From: an uncultured Pseudomonadota bacterium
Lineage (GTDB): Bacteria > Babelota > Babeliae > Babelales > GCA-2401785
Reading direction: 5' to 3'
Assembly (NCBI GenBank): GCA_964442725.1
Contig: CAYTZU010000001.1
Span: 1 to 26,640 of the forward strand
Length of the DNA: 26,640 bases
The first letter of the stretch is position 1. Each line of letters begins with the position of its first letter. Positions 17,461 to 24,744 of the stretch are shown here, one piece after another. The translations under genes were made by a program, and so were the position numbers. The notes beneath the pieces were generated by a model. That model searched no databases. It saw only the letters and a list, made by a program, of their open reading frames with translations, and was not told where the DNA came from.

Positions 17461-18213
17461 TTATTGTCTCCTCTCATTTTCATCCTCTTCGATTTTTCTC
17501 TTTAGTTTTTCTTCAGCTTCAATCTCTTTTTCTGTAAGACTATCACGCAATTGTGAGCCCTTTTTTTTCGCTGAATCTTTTAATTGTTGCCCTTTCGATT
17601 CAACTTTGTCCTTGAGTTCAGAACTCTTTTCCTTTACAGAATCTTTTAACTCTTTGCCTGAGTCCCTCAATTCTCTACCTTTAGACTCAACCCTGTCTTT
17701 TACTTCTGAACTTTTACCTTGAATTGAATCCTTTAATTCACGTCCTTTTTCCACTACGGAGTCTTTAACGCTTTTTGCTTTGTTAACAACCGCATCTTTT
17801 ATATCGTCGGCAGTATTTTTAACTGAGTCTTTGAGATTTTCGAATTCTGTCTGCATATTGTTAAACATTATTTCGAAATCTTTCTTCCTGCTAGGGTTTA
17901 TTTTGTCTTCTTTGACCTTTTTATAAAGTTCATTCAATTGATTACAAAACTTATCAACTGATGAGCCTGTGAATGTTGAGAACTTCTCACTGCCCATCAA
18001 TGCTGAATTAAGTTTATTTGTATTGCGATCTATGAATTTATTCAGATCATCCTTTTTATCTTGTGAAACATTTTGTAATTCATCACAGAGCAAGGATATT
18101 TTGACTAACAACTCATGATCGCCATTATTGGCATTAATTTTCAAAACTGAATAGCTAGAGAAACTGAGTATAAAGCTCAAAAGTGCAATTAAACTCAAAA
18201 CTTTTTTTAACAT
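17461..18213 (-). CDS. Secreted LEA_4/apolipoprotein-like 11-mer repeat protein
   Basis: GGGGGA RBS before ATG 18213; signal peptide MLKKVLSLIALLSFILSFSSYS; nine 11-mers plus one 7-mer in the C-terminal half. Confidence 0.75.
   Translation of the reverse strand: MLKKVLSLIALLSFILSFSSYSVLKINANNGDHELLVKISLLCDELQNVSQDKKDDLNKFIDRNTNKLNSALMGSEKFSTFTGSSVDKFCNQLNELYKKVKEDKINPSRKKDFEIMFNNMQTEFENLKDSVKNTADDIKDAVVNKAKSVKDSVVEKGRELKDSIQGKSSEVKDRVESKGRELRDSGKELKDSVKEKSSELKDKVESKGQQLKDSAKKKGSQLRDSLTEKEIEAEEKLKRKIEEDENERRQ
17515..17832 (-). repeat. Coding tandem repeat, 33-nt/11-aa period
   Basis: KDSVKNTADDI KDAVVNKAKSV KDSVVEKGREL KDSIQGKSSEV KDRVESKGREL RDSGKEL KDSVKEKSSEL KDKVESKGQQL KDSAKKKGSQL RDSLTEKEIEA. 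Confidence 0.85.
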
Positions 18214-18381
18214 GATGAAGTCCCCCAAAACTGTAACAATTCAAGTAAGTTTGGACAATTAAATTTACTGATTAGTTAGAAGTAAAAATACACTCCAAAA
18301 CTTATGTTGTACCTTATATGTTCCTCGTCCCTCCATGATGTGAATATATTTCCAATGTTGTTATTTATGTTTTTATAATTT

Positions 18382-18576
18382 TCAAGGCAATACCTTCTTC
18401 ATTGGGCATGAATAGGGATTAATTAAAGACAAGCTGACACCATTAAATATCAAACTCTTAACACCAACCGAACAATTATTTTCAGGATTGATAAGGTATC
18501 CAATTTTTTGGATATCACTTTTCAATGATTGATCTAAGATCAAACTAATTGACCTCAGATTTTTTTGTGAAATCAT
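18382..18576 (-). CDS. Possible 64-aa small protein
   Basis: GGAG 5 nt before ATG 18576 in an otherwise empty 660-bp gap; no recognisable domain. Confidence 0.25.
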   Translation of the reverse strand: MISQKNLRSISLILDQSLKSDIQKIGYLINPENNCSVGVKSLIFNGVSLSLINPYSCPMKKVLP

Positions 18577-18879
18577 GATCGCTCCATCCAAGGTTGGAGA
18601 CACACTTGCAGACTCATTACGATCTCTATGGTAACCCAAATTTTATAATTGTGAAGCCCTCGCATCTCCATGTTTCTATTTTTTATATGCAACAAGACGA
18701 CATTTCTTTATGATTATCTTGACAGATTTAGATTTTGGCCAAATTAATCAATCGTAACTTTTATTTGGGTAAAAGTGTTTGATTGTTTAATTTGCCTTGT
18801 TAAAAATGATTCATTTGCGTAGGCTTTCAACTCTTAAATCATTAAAATTTTCTTTCAAAAGCTTAAAGAAAAATTGATT

Positions 18880-19491
18880 ATGGAAAAGATTTCAAACTCT
18901 GAACTTTTAGAACTATCGAAAAAATTAGATTTTTTGCTCAAATTAAACGTCGATTTTATAAATTACAGTCAAGAAGAGATCGCCAGACTCTCAACACTTC
19001 TCGATAAAGCCGCGCTAAAGCCTGATTCAGAAGGCAATATTGCTGAAGCGGTTGCAAGAATAAAAGTCATGCTTGAGCATAATATCAGTGAAATAGAACA
19101 GGAGTCACATGATTCCATCGAATCGCTTGAACGCAATAAAAAAATAGTTTCAGTCCTTGATGCGCTCGATTCAGGCCAAAAAAAGAATGAATTGATCGAA
19201 CTCTTTGCCCAAGAAATCGGTGAAGTAGAGCCCTTTGAAAGCTTTAAAATTAGAGTTTTGAAGGAAGAGTTGGCCCGCAGAAAGTCATTTAAATCTTTCA
19301 TCCAAGACATTGAGCAAACAATTGAAGATGGTGGGTCGCTTGAGCTTGAAGCCTTTTTGGATGAGCAGCTACTCAATCAAGCACATCAAAGCCTAAGCCA
19401 GGATGAGGATTCAATTGATTGCCAAGAGGACTTGAGCGAGGAAGAGCTAAAAAAATTCTTCGAGAAATTTAAGGACCCTTATTCAAACTAA
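18880..19491 (+). CDS. Acidic alpha-helical hypothetical protein
   Basis: Long ORF with helical, E/D-rich composition; its stop overlaps the convergent neighbour's stop (19488-19491). Confidence 0.75.
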   Translation: MEKISNSELLELSKKLDFLLKLNVDFINYSQEEIARLSTLLDKAALKPDSEGNIAEAVARIKVMLEHNISEIEQESHDSIESLERNKKIVSVLDALDSGQKKNELIELFAQEIGEVEPFESFKIRVLKEELARRKSFKSFIQDIEQTIEDGGSLELEAFLDEQLLNQAHQSLSQDEDSIDCQEDLSEEELKKFFEKFKDPYSN

Positions 19492-20162
19492 ATGTTTTTG
19501 GCTATATAGGCTTTCAACAAGATTGACACAAATTCGCCAAATTCTGCGGTTTTTATGGCTCCGTAGAAAAGATTGCTCGCAAACAAAATTAGGTTTTTGC
19601 CCCCCCAAATTACAGTTTTGAATGCTTTATTTAGGAAAAAGTTTGGTGAAAGTTCGGCAATTAGCCCATTTTCTTGATGTATTAGAATCAGGTTTCCTCC
19701 CAAACTTCTTTGAAAATAGTATTTTGTTTGTGCTACCAGACAATTTAGTTTTACCAACATTGGGTCGAGGGGGGTCTCTATCAACTCGAATGAGGATTCC
19801 TCTGTTGCCGGTGGTGGTGGTGCATGGCAAATGATTTCCTCTGTAACCTGCCCATTCTCATCGGTTAGTTGGAAGACTTCTCCTGCAGCCTTGATTAATT
19901 CGAAATTGTCAAATGGCGGCGGAAGACTTTCAGATTCATAAAAACCATCAAAACCATCGAGCTCTGATTTTAGAATTGGAATACAAAAAAGAGCAAATTG
20001 TTCACCGGTTGTTGGATTTGTGCAGAGCAGCATTGGTGTAGTATTTGCGTTTTGTAAATTTGGAAGCTCACCATTGCCAAAAGGTGGTGGGGCAAAGAGG
20101 TTTTGAAAGACTACAAAAACGCTGTTTAGAAAGAGTTTTTTGTTATAAATCATCATTTGCAT
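19488..20162 (-). CDS. Hypothetical protein, possibly exported, with Pro-rich patches
   Basis: Hydrophobic N-terminus ending in FA|PPPF; PPPF and APPPP motifs; fills the gap between genes. Confidence 0.65.
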   Translation of the reverse strand: MQMMIYNKKLFLNSVFVVFQNLFAPPPFGNGELPNLQNANTTPMLLCTNPTTGEQFALFCIPILKSELDGFDGFYESESLPPPFDNFELIKAAGEVFQLTDENGQVTEEIICHAPPPPATEESSFELIETPLDPMLVKLNCLVAQTKYYFQRSLGGNLILIHQENGLIAELSPNFFLNKAFKTVIWGGKNLILFASNLFYGAIKTAEFGEFVSILLKAYIAKNI

Positions 20163-20342
20163 CTAAAAATCAGCTTTTCCGAATTGTATTTAACTTTTTT
20201 CAAAGTAGAAGAATTCTTATTTTTTTTGCAATCTAAATTTTGCCAATAAATGAGGGTTTCTTTGTAGCGCTTCACAAAAGCGTTACGTTGCCATAAACTC
20301 AGATTCAATAGTGGCAAATTATTAATAAAAATAAGGAGAAAT

Positions 20343-22328
20343 ATGGAAGCGGCGATCTGTTTTACCATAACAATGATGGCCTCCGTTGTTGGGATTTTAA
20401 TTACGGCGATCTCTTTTTTTAAAATTTTTGGTCAAAAAGTCGAGGCTGGAAAGGCTTCTGAAGTTGCGGCATTAATTCGCAGTGGCGCAATGACCTTTTT
20501 GCAAAAAGAATATATGGCCTTGGCCGTTGTAATTGCGCTCGCTTCATCCTTGATTTACTTTGCAAGTGGCTCTTATTCGGCTGCGGCCTATATTTTGGGT
20601 GCTTTGGCATCAATGCTTGCTGGATTCATCGGGATGGATTCAGCCACTCGGGCAAATCTTTTGACAACGCTGGCTGCAAAAAACAGTGGAGAAAGGGCTG
20701 CATTTTTTGTTGCTTTAACTGGTGGCTCGGTTATGGGCTTTGTTGTAGCAACGCTTGGTATTTTATGTATCGGCTTGATGATGCGATTTTTTGGTACAAG
20801 TGCCGATTTTTCAACAATCATTACCTGTTTTGCGGTTGGAGCAAGCTCTATTGCACTTTTCGCTCGTGTTGGTGGTGGAATTTATACAAAAGCTGCTGAC
20901 GTTGGAGCAGACATTGTGGGTAAAATCGAATTTGGAATTCCAGAGGATGATCCTCGAAATCCAGCAGTAATTGCCGACAACGTTGGAGATTGTGTTGGGG
21001 ACACCGCTGGCATGGGAGCCGATATTTTTGAGTCATACGTTGGATCGATCGTTGCAACGATGGTTTTGGCTATGGAAAATTACCCGGGCAGCGTTGCATA
21101 TTTGTCTTTACCTCTAATTCTTTCCTCCATTGGGCTTATTGCTTCTGCAGTTGGCTTTTTTGGAGTTTTCAGTCTGAGCTGTCAACTTTCAACGCTCTTA
21201 CATAGATCGACACACATAGCAATGGCGATTTATCTAAGTCTTTCAACCATTTTTATTTATTTTTCATCCGAAATAGGCAATGAGTTGATAGGGTCAGTTT
21301 TTATAGGTGCAATTATTGGCTTTTTAATAGGCCAAATCACAGAGTATTACACCAATGGCTCGCCTATTAGAAAATTGGCTGAAGTTTCAGCCTCTGGTGC
21401 TGGAACTAACGTTATTGAGGGTCTGGCCATAGGTTATGAATCGATAATTCTCCCAATGCTAACAATTGCTGGAAGCGTTTTTGCTTCTTATCACTGGTTT
21501 GGTGGCCTTTACGGAGTTGCAATTTCTGCTGTTTCAATGCTTGCAACGGTTGGAATTACAATGGCTGTTGACGCCTACGGGCCAATTGCTGATAACGCTG
21601 GTGGAATTGCCGAAATGGCCGGTTTTCCAAAAAGTGTGAGAGCAACGACGGATAAACTTGATTCATTGGGCAATATGACAGCAGCTCTTGGAAAAGGTTT
21701 TGCAATCGGTTCAGCTGCTCTTGCCGCCTACTCAATTTTTGCAGCATTTTGCAGTAAAGCTCACATTTTGTGTTTGGATTTGCTCGATCCAGCCGCAATA
21801 ACTGGGCTTTTCATTGGTGGAACAATGCCATTTCTGCTTTCGGCAAGCACGATGAAATCGGTTGGTCGAGCAGCAAACAAAATGGTTGAAGAGGTTCGAC
21901 GTCAATTTAATACGATTCCTGGACTTATGGATGGAACAGCTCAGGCCGATTATGCCTCTTGCATCAGCATTAGCACAAATGCAGCGCTTTGGGAGATGAT
22001 TTGGCCGGGAACAGTGACAATTGCCGCTCCAGTCTTTGTTAAATTTATCTTTGGTGCCAATGGAAACATTGCGCTTGGTGGATTTTTGGTCGGAGCAACT
22101 CTGGTGGGTGTTTTGATGGCGCTTTCGATGGCAAATAGCGGTGGTGCCTGGGACAATGCGAAAAAATACATAGAGGCTGGCAATTTTGGAGGAAAAGGTT
22201 CTCCAGCGCATAAAGCGGCTGTTGTTGGTGATACGGTTGGCGATCCATTTAAGGATACTTCCGGGCCATCATTGAATATTTTGATCAAGCTTATGTCAGT
22301 TTTGTCATTATTTTTAGCAGGCCTATAG
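20343..22328 (+). CDS. hppA: Membrane-bound ion-translocating pyrophosphatase, K+-dependent type, likely Na+-pumping
   Basis: AAGGAG RBS; [42 protein letters not shown] (Ala at the Ala/Lys site), [26 protein letters not shown]. Confidence 0.97.
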   Translation: MEAAICFTITMMASVVGILITAISFFKIFGQKVEAGKASEVAALIRSGAMTFLQKEYMALAVVIALASSLIYFASGSYSAAAYILGALASMLAGFIGMDSATRANLLTTLAAKNSGERAAFFVALTGGSVMGFVVATLGILCIGLMMRFFGTSADFSTIITCFAVGASSIALFARVGGGIYTKAADVGADIVGKIEFGIPEDDPRNPAVIADNVGDCVGDTAGMGADIFESYVGSIVATMVLAMENYPGSVAYLSLPLILSSIGLIASAVGFFGVFSLSCQLSTLLHRSTHIAMAIYLSLSTIFIYFSSEIGNELIGSVFIGAIIGFLIGQITEYYTNGSPIRKLAEVSASGAGTNVIEGLAIGYESIILPMLTIAGSVFASYHWFGGLYGVAISAVSMLATVGITMAVDAYGPIADNAGGIAEMAGFPKSVRATTDKLDSLGNMTAALGKGFAIGSAALAAYSIFAAFCSKAHILCLDLLDPAAITGLFIGGTMPFLLSASTMKSVGRAANKMVEEVRRQFNTIPGLMDGTAQADYASCISISTNAALWEMIWPGTVTIAAPVFVKFIFGANGNIALGGFLVGATLVGVLMALSMANSGGAWDNAKKYIEAGNFGGKGSPAHKAAVVGDTVGDPFKDTSGPSLNILIKLMSVLSLFLAGL

Positions 22329-22354
22329 AATTTTATTTGATTGTTGTTTTATGG

Positions 22355-22391
22355 AAAGTGGTGATGGATTTTAACAACCCATCACCACTTT
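22355..22391. terminator. Hairpin between convergent hppA and the Cys-rich peptide gene
   Basis: AAAGTGGTGATGG / CCATCACCACTTT, perfect 13-bp inverted repeat followed by T-rich sequence. Confidence 0.8.
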
Positions 22392-22406
22392 TGTATTTTC
22401 AAAGGC

Positions 22407-22616
22407 TTATTTTTTGCAAGTGCAATCTTTTAAGCTTTTTCCGCAGGTTTTGCATTTCGCGCAGTTTGGACACTTTCCATTGACAAGTTGGGTTCCGCAA
22501 GCAACGCATTTTGGTGCTTTAGGAGTTGTTTGTGTTGCACAATTAAGCATGTCTGTTGAAACTGGAATTGCTAGCATTAAAATTGAGGCCAAAAATAGGT
22601 ATTTTTTGAATGGCAT
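22407..22616 (-). CDS. Small secreted cysteine-rich peptide (69 aa, double zinc-ribbon-like)
   Basis: GGAGG RBS before ATG 22616; signal peptide MPFKKYLFLASILMLAIPVS; CVAC, CPNC, CKTC, CTC; terminators on both sides. Confidence 0.75.
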   Translation of the reverse strand: MPFKKYLFLASILMLAIPVSTDMLNCATQTTPKAPKCVACGTQLVNGKCPNCAKCKTCGKSLKDCTCKK

Positions 22617-22650
22617 AGTAAAAATCCTCCAGAAAATCATTAATTTTAAA

Positions 22651-22695
22651 TAAAAAAGGGAAGCGGACAAAATTTTAGTCCACTTCCCTTTTTTA
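22651..22695 (-). terminator. Rho-independent terminator of the 22725-23147 gene
   Basis: TAAAAAAGGGAAGCGGAC / GTCCACTTCCCTTTTTTA; the single mismatch is a G-U pair on the minus-strand RNA and a U tract follows. Confidence 0.8.
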
Positions 22696-22724
22696 TTTCT
22701 ATTCTTTAGATTTTAGTTATTGAT

Positions 22725-23147
22725 TTATCCCTCTGCTTCAGTCGGCTCTTCATCTGATGGAGTTATAGTATTTTGTTTTTTGGGTTTTATTAAATTATCA
22801 AGGGCTTTGTCTGCACCGTTAAGACTGCCATTAACATTTGTTAACTTGCCTTGTGGAGCTTTTTCGCCAATTTCTCTTAGCCGAGCACAGAATTCTTTGA
22901 CTGTGGGTTTTTTACTTACAGTGGTTTGGAATTTTGCTCCTTTTTCTAAACATTTTGATTCATTAAGGTTGTTAATCCTTGCATTCATGAATCTTTCAAG
23001 TTTTGCTTCTGAAACATTAGAGACTTCCGATCCAAGTCTTTTACAAATTTTTTCTATGTGATCTTGTACCATTTCTCTTGTTACAACAGCATGAGCTGAG
23101 CCTATTAATCCGAGGGCTAAAACTAAGCCCAAACTTTTCTTCAACAT
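22725..23147 (-). CDS. Secreted hypothetical protein (140 aa)
   Basis: GGAGG RBS before ATG 23147; signal peptide MLKKSLGLVLALGLIGSAHA|VV with an AxA cleavage site. Confidence 0.8.
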   Translation of the reverse strand: MLKKSLGLVLALGLIGSAHAVVTREMVQDHIEKICKRLGSEVSNVSEAKLERFMNARINNLNESKCLEKGAKFQTTVSKKPTVKEFCARLREIGEKAPQGKLTNVNGSLNGADKALDNLIKPKKQNTITPSDEEPTEAEG

Positions 23148-23362
23148 GAATGGTCCTCCAATCTTTGAGATAAAAATGTTAAGAACAACCAAAATCCAAT
23201 TATTTTATATCTAAAATATACTGACAATTATTTTCTTATTGCAATATTTTAATTTATTGGCGCCACGGCTATAGAGTAGATGATCAAAAATACACCCTAA
23301 AACAAGGCAAAATTAACATTTTCTAAGTTTTGAAAGCTGAATTAAGCTATAAAAACCCATTT

Positions 23363-24715
23363 TTACAGTTTGAATATTAGCGGGGGTTCTCCTATTTTAG
23401 CTGAATCGAGAAAATAAATTGGGTCAAAAATTCGTTTTTTATCGATTTCTATGTTTTTTAAAGGCTCCTTAAAGCACGAATGCGCGACTAAAATAACAAC
23501 TAAATCAGCTTGGGAAAGCCTTTCTGAGACTTCCGCTTGATCAAAGGTCTTCAATCCCAAAGTTTCTATTGCTGCTCTTTCAATCATTGGGTCAAAAACC
23601 ACCAAGTTGATTTCTGGACAAGTGTTCAACTTTAAAGCGATTTCAAGAGCCGGTGACTGATCAATGTCAGAAACATCAGATTTATACGTTAATCCAAAAA
23701 TTAAGATTTTAAATTTCTCTGGGCTCGAGGATTTTTTGCTATCAACTATTTTCAAAATTTGATCGACAATTTTTTGTTTTTTAGCTTTGTTGATTTCAAT
23801 TGAAGCATTTAGTAGCTCGAAATCTCCGTTTAATCCATTTTTCAGGAGTTCTGGATCGATGGCCATTGAGTGCCCACCGGCTCCAATTCCAGGATTTAAG
23901 ATATTTACTCGCGGATGTTTGTTTGCAAGCTCGATGACCTCTTTTGGATTTAGCCCGAATTCAAGGGCCATTTCATTGACTTGGTTGGCAAAGGCGATTT
24001 CAACACTTCTGGAGATATTTTCTATGAGCTTGGCAAACTCTGCACTTTTTGGGTCTGTAAAACTCAAATTTCCACTATTGAATAATTCATAAAATTCTTT
24101 GGCCAAAATGAATGTTTGTGGGCATGATGCCCCAATTATTCGGTCGTTTTGAGCGATTTCATGCTCACTGCGTCCTGGAATAAATCTTTCAGGACTGTAT
24201 ACGACGAAAAAATCCTCATTTGCTTTTAGCCCTGATAAAGAGGCGATTTGTCTTTCAAGTTTTTCCGTTGTTCCGACTGGGACGGTTGATTGCAAAATTA
24301 CTAAAGCTCCAGGCTTTAAATTTTTTGAAATTTCTTCAGCGCAGTCAAAAATATCTGAAAGGTCCGCCGCTTTGCCATTCAATAGCGCTGGAACGCATAT
24401 GATGAAAGTATCAGGGAATATTTCGAGTTTTTCGGCGATTTTTAATTTCTCATTCAAAAGGCTTTCTTTAAGCTCTTTGTGGAATGTTTTTTCGCAAAAC
24501 TTAATCTTTAGATCATTTATTTTATTGATTCTATCTTTGTTTGTGTCAATTCCGATCACTGAAAGGCCCGCTTTTGCCATAATAATTGAAGTTGGCAAGC
24601 CCAATTTGCCAAGACCAAAAATTGCAACGGTTTTATGAGAATTTTCGTTATTAATTGACATCAGACTTACTTGACTAAATACCAAAGCAAGAAGCGCTAA
24701 GATCATTGTTTTCAC
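23363..24715 (-). CDS. WecC (UDP-ManNAc dehydrogenase)-like paralog with signal peptide and catalytic Cys replaced by Ser
   Basis: Nucleotide-sugar dehydrogenase motifs GLGxxGLP, STVPVGT, PER, KLIEN, but GGHSMAIDP in place of GGHC. Likely GTG start at 24715 with GGAGG RBS; alternative ATG 24748 overlaps the upstream stop as ATGA. Confidence 0.85.
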   Translation of the reverse strand: MKTMILALLALVFSQVSLMSINNENSHKTVAIFGLGKLGLPTSIIMAKAGLSVIGIDTNKDRINKINDLKIKFCEKTFHKELKESLLNEKLKIAEKLEIFPDTFIICVPALLNGKAADLSDIFDCAEEISKNLKPGALVILQSTVPVGTTEKLERQIASLSGLKANEDFFVVYSPERFIPGRSEHEIAQNDRIIGASCPQTFILAKEFYELFNSGNLSFTDPKSAEFAKLIENISRSVEIAFANQVNEMALEFGLNPKEVIELANKHPRVNILNPGIGAGGHSMAIDPELLKNGLNGDFELLNASIEINKAKKQKIVDQILKIVDSKKSSSPEKFKILIFGLTYKSDVSDIDQSPALEIALKLNTCPEINLVVFDPMIERAAIETLGLKTFDQAEVSERLSQADLVVILVAHSCFKEPLKNIEIDKKRIFDPIYFLDSAKIGEPPLIFKL

Positions 24716-24744
24716 AGTACTTTCCTCCACGTGTAGAATTTTTG

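Noticed and set aside
17450-17722. Plus-strand ORF with repeats; also 16925-17266 and 18969-19376
   Set aside because: These are antisense reflections of repetitive or low-complexity genes on the opposite strand.
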